A DNA stretch of 64,000 nucleotides, from positions 5,568,001 to 5,632,000 of the forward strand of contig OZ241867.1 of NCBI GenBank assembly GCA_965203175.1, written 5' to 3'. Positions 19,460 through 28,583 of the stretch are shown one piece after another; position 1 is the first letter of the stretch; each line of letters begins with the position of its first letter. The position numbers and the translations under genes were made by a program. The notes below the pieces were generated by a model. The model was not told the origin of the DNA. It worked only from the letters and a program-made list of their open reading frames with translations, and made no database searches. The DNA comes from Candidatus Latescibacterota bacterium (GTDB lineage: Bacteria; Latescibacterota; UBA2968; UBA8231).

Positions 19460-20371
19460 ATGCGTTTATACCTCAAGCGGGCCTTGATCGCCTTGCTGCT
19501 TTTGGCACCGGTGTTGTACGGTGCCTTCGCCCTGACATCACACCCCGTAGAGCCACATCCCTACTTTGCATCAGGGGACGTTTTAGTCATTGCCCATCGG
19601 GGCGGCAAGGGGCTGGTACCGGAAAACACATTAGCGGCCTTTTCCCGCTCGGCCGCGTTGGGAGTCGATGTGCTAGAAATGGACTTGCGCCAAAGTAGCG
19701 ACGGCGCGCTCATTGTCCTACACGACCGGCGCGTTGACCGCACGACCAACGGCCAAGGCGCAGCCGATAGCTTGAGTCTCGCTCAATTGAAGCAGTTAGA
19801 CGCCGGCTACCACTTCAGCCCAGACGGCCAAACCTTTCCCTGGCGCGGCCAAGGAGTCACAATCCCCACCCTAGACGAGGTATTTACAGCCTTTCCCAAC
19901 ATGCGCTTTCTCATCGAAATCAAAAACGACTCCGCCGCGTTAGTAAACGACTTTTGCCGCACGATCCAGCGCTTCCAACTAAGCGATCGCGTCATCGCCG
20001 CCTCGTTCCACAGCCGTCCTTTAGAGACCTTGCGCCAGACTTGCCCCCAAGTAGCAACTTCGGCTTCTTCATCGGCGGGAATGTCCTTTATCTTTCTCCA
20101 CTGGCTGAGGCTCGACGCGGCTTATCACCCCACTAGCCAAGCCTTTCAGGTTCCGGCCCGCTTAGGCAAAATCAACCTAATAGACCAGCGCTTCATCGCC
20201 CGTGCCCACGCCCACAACGTCCAAGTCCACATCTGGACCATTAACGATCCCGATGCCATGCAGCACTACCTAGACCTAGGCGTTGATGGCCTAATCACCG
20301 ACTATCCCGACCGCCTACTACGCATCCTAAACCGCCAGCCCGCAGAGGAGACATCATGGGCGACCCAGTAG
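19460..20371 (+). CDS. Exported glycerophosphodiester phosphodiesterase
   Basis: N-terminal hydrophobic segment; AHRGG..PENT, EMD, WTIND and GLITDYP. Confidence 0.92.
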   Translation: MRLYLKRALIALLLLAPVLYGAFALTSHPVEPHPYFASGDVLVIAHRGGKGLVPENTLAAFSRSAALGVDVLEMDLRQSSDGALIVLHDRRVDRTTNGQGAADSLSLAQLKQLDAGYHFSPDGQTFPWRGQGVTIPTLDEVFTAFPNMRFLIEIKNDSAALVNDFCRTIQRFQLSDRVIAASFHSRPLETLRQTCPQVATSASSSAGMSFIFLHWLRLDAAYHPTSQAFQVPARLGKINLIDQRFIARAHAHNVQVHIWTINDPDAMQHYLDLGVDGLITDYPDRLLRILNRQPAEETSWATQ

Positions 20372-21045
20372 CCCTGAGCGTACAACACTTGACCAAAGCC
20401 TACGGCACAGGACCAAACGCCTTAACCGTCCTCGACGATGTGAGTTTCGCCCTCGCAGCCGGTGCCACCTGCGCAGTCGTAGGCCCCTCGGGCAGCGGCA
20501 AAACCACGCTACTCGGATTGTGCGCTGGGCTGGATCGCGCCAGTTCGGGATCGGTCGCACTCGACGGCGTGGACTTAGACGATCTCGACGAAGACCAGCG
20601 CGCGCACCTCCGCAGCGAAAAGGTCGGCTTCGTCTTCCAGACCTTCCAGCTCATCCCCACCCTCAGCGCCCTCGAAAACGCCATGGTGCCACTCGAATTG
20701 CGCCGCGAGCCAAACGTCCGCGAGCGCGCCGTTGACCTCCTCGACCGGGTCGGCTTGGGCGACCGGCTGCACCACTACCCAGCGCAGCTTTCAGGAGGAG
20801 AGCAGCAGCGTGTGGCGCTCGCACGGGCCTTTATCAACCGCCCCGCGCTCCTCTTTGCCGACGAGCCTACCGGCAACCTCGACGACGGCACCAGCGGCAA
20901 AGTGCGGGACTTGCTCTTTAGCCTCAACGAAGAATCCGGTGCCACCCTAATTCTGGTCACCCACGATCTGGCGCTGGCCCGCCTCACCCAGCGAATCATT
21001 CGCCTCCAAGGCGGCCGAGTGGCTGACGACCAGCTAGTGCCATGA
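20356..21045 (+). CDS. ABC transporter ATP-binding protein (YbbA/LolD-like)
   Basis: GPSGSGKT, LSGGEQQRV, ADEPTGNLD and VTHD motifs. Confidence 0.93.
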   Translation: MGDPVALSVQHLTKAYGTGPNALTVLDDVSFALAAGATCAVVGPSGSGKTTLLGLCAGLDRASSGSVALDGVDLDDLDEDQRAHLRSEKVGFVFQTFQLIPTLSALENAMVPLELRREPNVRERAVDLLDRVGLGDRLHHYPAQLSGGEQQRVALARAFINRPALLFADEPTGNLDDGTSGKVRDLLFSLNEESGATLILVTHDLALARLTQRIIRLQGGRVADDQLVP

Positions 21046-23570
21046 TGGTCTGGCTCGGCAAAATGGCCTGGCGCGACAGCCGCAGCCACCGCCGCAAACT
21101 GCTGCTTTTTACTTCTTCGATCTCCATCGGCATCGGTGCGCTCGTCGGCTTGAGCAGCCTCAGTTCCACCCTGCAAGAGGCGATGGACCAACAAGCTGCC
21201 GAGCTTTTAGGTGCCGATATGGCGCTGACGAGCCGCCAGCCCTTCACGTCCGCCACCGAGACGCTCATCGACTCGCTCGGCGGCGTTCAGGCGCGCCAGG
21301 TTGCCTTCAATTCCATGATTTACCTGCCTAAGACCCAGAGCACCCGCCTCGCCCAGATCCGCGCCCTTGATGGCCCTTTCCCTTTTTACGGCGAGCTAAA
21401 AACAGCACCGGCTGAGGCCGCCCAGAGCTTCCGCACCCAGCCTCATGCTCTCGTTGACGAGGCGCTCATGTTGCAGTTTGGCGCGGCGGTCGGCGACTCG
21501 ATCAAGATCGGCGACACGGTCTTTCTCATCGGTGGCCGACTCCTGCGCATACCCGGCGAGAACGCCCTCTTCAGCGACATCCAGCCGCGCGTCTATATCC
21601 CGATGTCCTACCTCGACGACACTCACCTGATCCAACGAGGCAGCCGCGTCACCTACACTGCTTTCTTCCGCTTTGCCGAGCGGGATGTCCAAGCAATAGC
21701 CAAGTCCATCCGCCCCCACACCCGAGGCGACCGCCTCCGGCTCGAAACCATCGAGAGACGCAAGGCGCGCCTCGGCCGTACCCTCAACAACCTCTACCGC
21801 TTCTTAAACCTCGGCAGCTTTATCGCCCTGCTGCTGGGCGGCGTGGGCGTGGCCAGCGCCATCCACACCTATACGCGGCAAAAACTGTCCACCGTCGCGG
21901 TGCTGCGCAGTCTCGGTGCCACGGCCCGTCAGACCGTCTTGATCTATCTAATCCAAGCCGGGGGCATGGGTTTAGTCGGCTCGCTCGTCGGCGCCCTGCT
22001 CGGCGTCGGGGTTCTCTACCTGCTCCCCAACATCCTCGCCGACGTGCTACCCCTCCAAGTCGAGCCGAGCTTTGATTTCCTCGCCGTCTTGGAGGGTCTC
22101 GGTCTCGGCCTCGGCCTTTCGCTGCTATTTGCCGCGCGGCCGTTGCTGGCCATTCGCAAGACCTCGCCGCTTTTGACTCTGCGTGCCTCATTTGAAGACG
22201 ACCAACCGACCGACAGCGGGTGGTTGCGCTGGGCTTTGTATGTGGGGATCGTCCTTATAACCGCGCTCTTCGCCTACCGACTCACCGACCGCTGGCCGCT
22301 GGCCATTGGCTTTGTCGGCGGGGTTGGAGTCGCCTTTGCGCTCCTAACGCTTACGGCCCGCGCAATCATCTACGGCACTCGGCGGTTCTTTCCCGCCTCT
22401 TGGAGCTATATCTGGCGTCAGGGCCTAGCCAACCTCTACCGCCCTAACAACCAGACTACGCTGCTGATGTTGGGCCTCGGGCTGGGGACTTTCCTGCTCA
22501 GCACTCTGTTCCTAACCCAGACCAACCTGCTGTCCTACATTAGAAGCGTCGGCTCCGACCAAAACCCCAACGTCGTGCTCTTCGACATCCAAACCGATCA
22601 GCGCCAAGGACTAAACGACCTCGTCGCGGGGATGGATCTGCCGTTGTTGCAACAGATGCCCATCGTCACCATGCACATCCACAGCATCAAAGGCCAACCC
22701 GCCCGCGCCATACTCCGCGATACCACCGCCAACCGACGCCGACGCGGCAATTGGGCCCTGCGGCACGAGTACCGCGCGACCTACCGCGATTCTCTCACCA
22801 ACACCGAAGAGATCGTCGCCGGCACGTGGCGCAGCCAACCTGCGGGCGACACCCTCTACGTCTCCTTGGAAACCGGCGTCGCCTCCTCCTTGGGCGTTGG
22901 CGTTGGCGACTCGCTGACCTTTGACGTCCAAGGAGTCCCTGTCGAAGTCGTCGTCGGCAGTCTGCGCCAAGTCAACTGGCAGCGCATCATGCCCAACTTT
23001 TTGGCGGTCTTCCCGCCCGGCATCCTCGAACCTGCGCCGCAATCCCACGTCCTCGTCACCCGCGCCGCCACGACCGAGCAAATGGCCGCCCTGCAGCGGG
23101 CCACCGTGCATCGATTCCCCAATGTCTCGGTCATCGATCTCGGCAGTATCCTCAGCACCGTCGATACTATTCTCGACAAGGTGTCGCTAGTAGTCCGTTT
23201 TATGGCCTTTTTCAGCGTCTCCGTTGGCCTAGTCGTGCTCGTCGGCGTGATTGCCAGCAGCCGCTACCAACGCATTGAGGAAAGCGTCTTGCTCAAGACC
23301 TTGGGGGCCAGTCGCCGCCAAGTGGTAGCAATCATGGCGCTCGAGTATCTGTTTTTGGGAGCTTTTGCTGCGGCGACGGGAGTGATCTTGTCGCTAGGGG
23401 GCGTCTGGGCCTTGAACCGCTATCTCTTCGAGATCGGCTTCGCGCCCGACTACCTGCCCGTGATCCTCGCCTTTGCGGTGGTCAGTCTGCTAACGGTCAC
23501 CGTCGGCATGATTTCCAGCCGCGGCGTCCACACTAGCCCGCCGCTCGAAGTCCTGCGCTCGCTCGGTTAG
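21042..23570 (+). CDS. FtsX/MacB-type ABC permease (YbbP-like)
   Basis: AWRD.R, LLGAD and FPFYG; two FtsX domains (LRSLGA, LKTLGA). Confidence 0.88.
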   Translation: MMVWLGKMAWRDSRSHRRKLLLFTSSISIGIGALVGLSSLSSTLQEAMDQQAAELLGADMALTSRQPFTSATETLIDSLGGVQARQVAFNSMIYLPKTQSTRLAQIRALDGPFPFYGELKTAPAEAAQSFRTQPHALVDEALMLQFGAAVGDSIKIGDTVFLIGGRLLRIPGENALFSDIQPRVYIPMSYLDDTHLIQRGSRVTYTAFFRFAERDVQAIAKSIRPHTRGDRLRLETIERRKARLGRTLNNLYRFLNLGSFIALLLGGVGVASAIHTYTRQKLSTVAVLRSLGATARQTVLIYLIQAGGMGLVGSLVGALLGVGVLYLLPNILADVLPLQVEPSFDFLAVLEGLGLGLGLSLLFAARPLLAIRKTSPLLTLRASFEDDQPTDSGWLRWALYVGIVLITALFAYRLTDRWPLAIGFVGGVGVAFALLTLTARAIIYGTRRFFPASWSYIWRQGLANLYRPNNQTTLLMLGLGLGTFLLSTLFLTQTNLLSYIRSVGSDQNPNVVLFDIQTDQRQGLNDLVAGMDLPLLQQMPIVTMHIHSIKGQPARAILRDTTANRRRRGNWALRHEYRATYRDSLTNTEEIVAGTWRSQPAGDTLYVSLETGVASSLGVGVGDSLTFDVQGVPVEVVVGSLRQVNWQRIMPNFLAVFPPGILEPAPQSHVLVTRAATTEQMAALQRATVHRFPNVSVIDLGSILSTVDTILDKVSLVVRFMAFFSVSVGLVVLVGVIASSRYQRIEESVLLKTLGASRRQVVAIMALEYLFLGAFAAATGVILSLGGVWALNRYLFEIGFAPDYLPVILAFAVVSLLTVTVGMISSRGVHTSPPLEVLRSLG

Positions 23571-24223
23571 CGACGCAACTCCTCCAGCACTGGCCCCAGC
23601 GTCACCCACACGGTTTCGGCGACGATCCGGTGGCCTTCGGCGTTCGGATGGTTGCCGTCGGGCAGGTTTAGCGCGGGTTGGTCGCCCACGCCTTCTAACA
23701 AAAAGGGGATCAAGGCTGCATCGTTTTTCTCTGCCAACGCCGGGAAGATCGCGGCAAACGCCTTTGTGTATTCTGCGCCCATATTGGGCGGCATTAGCAT
23801 CCCAGCGATGACCAAGGCTACTTCGGGGTTTTTTGCTTTTACCCGCTCGACGATTTGTTGCAGGTTGGCGTGGGTGTCTTTGGGGTCTATGCCGCGCAGG
23901 CCGTCGTTGGCCCCCAATTCGAGGACGAAGACATCGATGGGACGGCGCAAGAGCCAGTCAATGCGACGCAGCCCACCGGCTGAGGTCTCGCCGCCAAGCC
24001 CGGCATTAAAAACCTCGAAGTTCCAGCCGAGCGAATCGATCCGCGCCTGCACTAACGCCGGGAAGGCCTGTTCGCGGTCGAGGCCATAGCCAGCGGTCAA
24101 GCTATCGCCAAAAAAGAGAATGACGCGGCTGGAGTCCGCCTCTTCGGCATAGGCGCTACTGCTGAGTAACGCCAAGGCTAATGCGATGTATTTCACCTTG
24201 TGTGCCTTCTTAGTTTTGCCCAT
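23567..24223 (-). CDS. SGNH arylesterase/acyl-CoA thioesterase (TesA-like)
   Basis: GDSLTAGYG, G.TSAGG, ELGANDGLRG and DGNHPN motifs. Confidence 0.92.
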   Translation of the reverse strand: MGKTKKAHKVKYIALALALLSSSAYAEEADSSRVILFFGDSLTAGYGLDREQAFPALVQARIDSLGWNFEVFNAGLGGETSAGGLRRIDWLLRRPIDVFVLELGANDGLRGIDPKDTHANLQQIVERVKAKNPEVALVIAGMLMPPNMGAEYTKAFAAIFPALAEKNDAALIPFLLEGVGDQPALNLPDGNHPNAEGHRIVAETVWVTLGPVLEELRR

Positions 24224-25001
24224 GTGCTTCTTGCTTGTTAAAGCGAAAAATTCGCTGTGCCCGCGCCGATAGCTGGTCCATAATCTCCGCTGGCAGCGGA
24301 TCGGCCGCTTTGTATTGGTAGCCCAAGGTCGGGAAGTAGCGGTGGTACACCAGCGACATCATGGTGCGGCGGCAGTTCGTGCGGTTGGGCGTGGCCCGGT
24401 GCCAGACGCGCATGTCGCGCACTACGGTAGAACCAGCCGGCATGTTGGTGCGCATCGACGGCATAGTCAATGCACGCTCTTCCAAGCCGCCCGCTCGCCC
24501 CACATCCGCCGGGTCAATGGTAGCCTCGTGATCCGTAATCAGATGCGTGCCCGGCCACACCTCCGTGCTGCCGTTTTCCTCTGTAAAGTTCACCAACGGG
24601 ATGTTCACGACCATCATATGCGGCGGCATGGCAATGGGCAAATCGGGGAAGAGATGCAGTTGGTCGCGGTGGACAACTTGCGTCTCCAGCCAGTTGGGCT
24701 CCGTGGAGTTGCAGTGATAGGGCAGCTTGGCCCAAAAATCCTCGCCGAGCATGACGTCCAAAATCTGCACGGCCCAAGGATTTTCAATTGCCAGCGGATC
24801 AATAAAGGGAGGACGCAACAAATCGCCCAGCGTCCGGCCTTCCAAATGACCGTCCCAAGCCTCGCGCATTGCATCGCACCACACCCGGTCCATGGTCTCC
24901 TCCAAAATGACGAATCCCGCTTCCCGCACTTGGCGCACTGCCTCGGCCAAAGTGTCATCGGCGAGGCGGTGCTGTTCAATTTCTTGTGTCGATAGTTTCA
25001 T
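24210..25001 (-). CDS. PhyH-family dioxygenase
   Basis: VHRD, NIPLV.FT.ENGSTE.WPGTH and WHR.TPN motifs. Confidence 0.85.
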   Translation of the reverse strand: MKLSTQEIEQHRLADDTLAEAVRQVREAGFVILEETMDRVWCDAMREAWDGHLEGRTLGDLLRPPFIDPLAIENPWAVQILDVMLGEDFWAKLPYHCNSTEPNWLETQVVHRDQLHLFPDLPIAMPPHMMVVNIPLVNFTEENGSTEVWPGTHLITDHEATIDPADVGRAGGLEERALTMPSMRTNMPAGSTVVRDMRVWHRATPNRTNCRRTMMSLVYHRYFPTLGYQYKAADPLPAEIMDQLSARAQRIFRFNKQEAHGQN

Positions 25002-25103
25002 AAAAATCTCGTCGATCCTACTGCAAAGCTATTGTCATGGTCAAGGTTTGATCCCACTCCTATATTAAGCGCCGATTCCCTAAACTGCACCCCCGGAGTC
25101 TTC

Positions 25104-26033
25104 ATGCAGACCACCATTTTAGGCCGCACTAACCTAACCGTCTCGCGCATGGGCTTAGGCGCTGGCGGCCACAGCCGAATCGGGCGCAACATTGGCTTAA
25201 CCGACGCCCAATCCGCCGACCTCGTTCGCCGTGCCTTAGACCACGGCGTCAACTTCATCGACACGGCCGAAGGCTATGGCACTGAAGCCATCATTGGCCA
25301 AGCTCTACAGGGCCGCGACCGCACCTCCGTCGTCCTCTCCACCAAAAAATCCACCCGCAACGAACAGGTCACACCCGACACTTTGCAAATCAGCCTCGAC
25401 CAGAGCCTAAAGCACCTAGGCACCGACTACATCGACCTCTACAATCTCCACGGCGTCGTGCCCCAAGACTACGCCTATCTCGTCAACGACGTTTATCCCG
25501 CGCTGCAAAAGGCGCAGCAACAGGGCAAAATACGCTTCGTCGGTCTTAGCGAGATGTTCAACGAGGACTTCGAACACACCATGCTCCAGCAGGCTCTAGC
25601 CGACGACCTCTGGGATGTCCTAATGGTCGGCTTCAATCTGCTCAACCAGACCGCCCGGGCCAACGTCTTCGCGCAGGCCATCGCGCAAAACGTCGGCATC
25701 CAAATCATGTTCGCCATCCGAAAGGCACTTAGCCACCCCGACAACCTGCGCGCATTCACCGACGCCCTCGTCGAAAAGGGGCAAATCGACCTCGCCGACC
25801 TCGACTCCTTTCCCGACTTCCTGCTGGCCGAAGCCCCATCCCTACCTGATGCCGCCTACCGCTTCTGCCGCGACGAGCCGGGCGTCCACGTCGTCCTCTC
25901 CGGCACGGGCAACGCCGACCACCTCGACGCCAACCTCGCGTCTTTCGCCCGCCCGCCACTGACGCAAAAGACACGCGACCGACTCATCCACATCTTCCGC
26001 CGCGTCAATTCTACTACGGGGCAAGCGGTGTAG
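25104..26033 (+). CDS. Aldo/keto reductase
   Basis: LGRTNL.VS, IDTAEGY, STK, SL..LGTDYIDLY.LH and GKIR.VG.S motifs. Confidence 0.92.
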   Translation: MQTTILGRTNLTVSRMGLGAGGHSRIGRNIGLTDAQSADLVRRALDHGVNFIDTAEGYGTEAIIGQALQGRDRTSVVLSTKKSTRNEQVTPDTLQISLDQSLKHLGTDYIDLYNLHGVVPQDYAYLVNDVYPALQKAQQQGKIRFVGLSEMFNEDFEHTMLQQALADDLWDVLMVGFNLLNQTARANVFAQAIAQNVGIQIMFAIRKALSHPDNLRAFTDALVEKGQIDLADLDSFPDFLLAEAPSLPDAAYRFCRDEPGVHVVLSGTGNADHLDANLASFARPPLTQKTRDRLIHIFRRVNSTTGQAV

Positions 26034-26046
26034 GGAGGATATAGTA

Positions 26047-26304
26047 ATGACTCCGTTTGAAAAATGTCCAGTGTGCAGTGGCGATATTGTTAAAAAGGAA
26101 GTCGAGAAAGTCCTACGTGTTGGCAATAACACGGAGATCGTGAAAGTTCAAGCTTTGGTTTGTCTTCGTTGTGGCGAACGCTTTTATACGCCCGAGGTTG
26201 TAAGACTTTTTGAAGAGATCAGATCAAAACTGAACGATGCGGAAATGGCTAATGCCAAAAATACAACGCTTCAGACTAAGAAAGACAATACCGGCTCACT
26301 GTAA
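26047..26304 (+). CDS. YgiT-type zinc finger (MqsA-like antitoxin N-domain)
   Basis: CPVC...V.ALVCLRCGERFY.PEV; RBS GGAGG. Confidence 0.8.
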   Translation: MTPFEKCPVCSGDIVKKEVEKVLRVGNNTEIVKVQALVCLRCGERFYTPEVVRLFEEIRSKLNDAEMANAKNTTLQTKKDNTGSL

Positions 26305-26341
26305 TCGGATCCATATATAGCGTCTTCATGGTTGGGTTCCA

Positions 26342-26665
26342 TTAGCTCGTTGGGTGTGCTAACTCGTCCAGTGCCACATTGAGCACGCCCGCGAGTCTAC
26401 GGAATAATTTGAGTGTACCAGGCTTCTGTCCGTTCTCAATCTGCGACAGATACCCTTTCGAGACGCCCACTTGCTTGGCCAGCGCGTCCAGCGTGAATTC
26501 GCGGTGCTTCCGCCACACGCGCAAGGGCGATTCGCCAACGAGAATGGCCTTTACGACTTCACCCGGAATCGTCTCGCCTGCCGCGTCTTCGGCCCATGCC
26601 TGTTCGATAGCCGTAGAATCGGCCGCGTCCTCAAGTGCGGCGACCATCTGGTCGATCTTCGCCAT
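26342..26665 (-). CDS. XRE-family HTH protein (HigA-like antitoxin)
   Basis: LEDAAD..E.IP..V..GESPLRVWRK.R..TL..LA..GVSKGYLSQIENG. Confidence 0.8.
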   Translation of the reverse strand: MAKIDQMVAALEDAADSTAIEQAWAEDAAGETIPGEVVKAILVGESPLRVWRKHREFTLDALAKQVGVSKGYLSQIENGQKPGTLKLFRRLAGVLNVALDELAHPTS

Positions 26666-26778
26666 CAGCAACACCTTTTGCTCGTCGTTGAGCGAGTAGT
26701 CTAGATTGAACTAGTAGACACTCAATAAGTAAGCATACTCAATGACACGGCCTTAGTCCGGCGTTACCGCGTCACTCA

Positions 26779-27651
26779 CTAGCCTTTCATCAGCGAACAG
26801 ATAAGATCTTTAGATCGTCCTGCGACAATCCGGCTTTGCTGAAAAGAGGCTCTGTTTATTCTCTTGATGATATAATCGTTGCTATCGTTTAAAGGAAGTA
26901 ACAACTCCTTTTCAGGGGTCGAAGTAGGCGCCACGATGACATCGTAAGCAATAGGAAGCCAACTTCCATACACTTGGTCTCGCTTATGCGCGGGTTGAAC
27001 GATGACGACACCATGGCTCCCAATGACAAAGCTTCTTCTCGGCTGGCGAATGACAGCGATAAGCAAACCTGTTTTACGAGAGAAGCACTTCACATCAGAT
27101 TTAAGGTGGGGGTGCTCACCAGAAGCAAAGCCTGCCTTGGTGTTTTGCTTCATAGCGGGTTTGGCTCCGCTAAGGATAGGATTCGAATCGAGAAATTCCC
27201 TGTTAGGAGGATCTATTCCTTGTTGGAGCAATAGGCGCTCAATCGCCATATGAAAAACATCGTCATACTGCTCATCAAGCCTTAGCATTTCCTCTGCAAA
27301 TTCTGGCGTCCGCCGACACGAAGCATGATAGAATCGGGTCCAAGATAGTCTCTCCTCCACGGAGAGCTTGGGATGTTCATTGTTTCGAACACACTGTATG
27401 ATTCTTCGGATAACGGGCGCTGCGCGGCTTTCAATCCGGCTTAGTTCCTCTTCAGCTTCATAACTGTAGTTCCCTTGATCGAGATTTAATGTTCGATAGA
27501 GATTTCTCTGCACAAAAATATTTGTCGGAGTACCTGGATACAGTTTTCCTTTCTCTTTGTCGTATACCCATAAACGATTCTTGTCATCAAGAAAGTTATT
27601 GAGCAGTATCTTCGGAATGTAATGATGTCGTTTTGGATCATTAGAACTCAT
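26779..27651 (-). CDS. DUF4238-family protein
   Basis: N-terminal PKRHHYIP..LL..F, NLY, EE.LS.IE, RTP and LPI motifs; AT-richer than flanks. Confidence 0.8.
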   Translation of the reverse strand: MSSNDPKRHHYIPKILLNNFLDDKNRLWVYDKEKGKLYPGTPTNIFVQRNLYRTLNLDQGNYSYEAEEELSRIESRAAPVIRRIIQCVRNNEHPKLSVEERLSWTRFYHASCRRTPEFAEEMLRLDEQYDDVFHMAIERLLLQQGIDPPNREFLDSNPILSGAKPAMKQNTKAGFASGEHPHLKSDVKCFSRKTGLLIAVIRQPRRSFVIGSHGVVIVQPAHKRDQVYGSWLPIAYDVIVAPTSTPEKELLLPLNDSNDYIIKRINRASFQQSRIVAGRSKDLICSLMKG

Positions 27652-27719
27652 TTACGTGTGATCCCTTTTTCAAAAGTGTCCTTTTGGTTCCAATAATATC
27701 GCTCGACTCCCCTCGCCCC

Positions 27720-28583
27720 CTACCCCTTAAGCGCCCCCACAGTAATCCCCTTCGTCAAGTATTGCTGCAGAAAAGCATACACCAACATCGTCGGAGCCAT
27801 AATCAGCACCAACCCGGCAAAGGCCATGCCCCAATCGCTGCGATACTGACTGACAATAGTGATGTTGGCCAGCCCCAACGGCAGCGTGCGCAACGCCTGC
27901 GACCCCTCCCCAGACAGGAACATAAAGGCCATGAAAAACTCGTTCCAAGTCCCCAAAAAGGCGAATATACCCACCGTAATAAGCCCCGGCCGCGCCAACG
28001 GCAACATAATCGACCAAAACGCCCGGAACTCCCCCGCCCCATCTATCAGCGCCGATTCGTGCAACCCAGAGGGCAAAGACTTGAAAAACCCCGTGAGAAT
28101 AAAGATGGCAAACGGCATCCCAAAGGCCACATAGACTATCAAGATGCCCAGCCGCGAGTTGAGCAGTCCAAAATCCTTCATCTGAAAAAAGAGTGGCACA
28201 ATCGACAGTTGCAACGGAATCATCAACCCGGCCAAGAAGTAGAAAAACATCGGCCGCACGCCAAAAAAGCTAAAGCGCGCCAGCGCATAGGCCGCCATCG
28301 CCGCCAGCAGCATGGAGACCGCCACCGTCGAGATAGTCAAAAAGACGCTGTTGAAGAAATAGTCGCCGAAGTGCCCCTTAGTCCAAGCGTTGGCAAAGTT
28401 GATCCACTGCAAGGCGTCAATCTCGGGCAAGCTGAAAGGATTGAGAAAAATCTCGCGATCCGTCTTCAGCGAGGTGTAGAGCAGCCACAGCATCGGATAA
28501 ACCACAACCGTCAGATAGCCGCATAGCACCAGATAGACAAAAGGTTTGGCAAAAGAAAATTTGCGTTGCTCGGCCATACTCAA
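27720..28583 (-). CDS. Carbohydrate ABC transporter permease (MalG-like)
   Basis: Multiple TM helices; ESALIDGA EAA loop; WNEF. Confidence 0.92.
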   Translation of the reverse strand: MSMAEQRKFSFAKPFVYLVLCGYLTVVVYPMLWLLYTSLKTDREIFLNPFSLPEIDALQWINFANAWTKGHFGDYFFNSVFLTISTVAVSMLLAAMAAYALARFSFFGVRPMFFYFLAGLMIPLQLSIVPLFFQMKDFGLLNSRLGILIVYVAFGMPFAIFILTGFFKSLPSGLHESALIDGAGEFRAFWSIMLPLARPGLITVGIFAFLGTWNEFFMAFMFLSGEGSQALRTLPLGLANITIVSQYRSDWGMAFAGLVLIMAPTMLVYAFLQQYLTKGITVGALKG

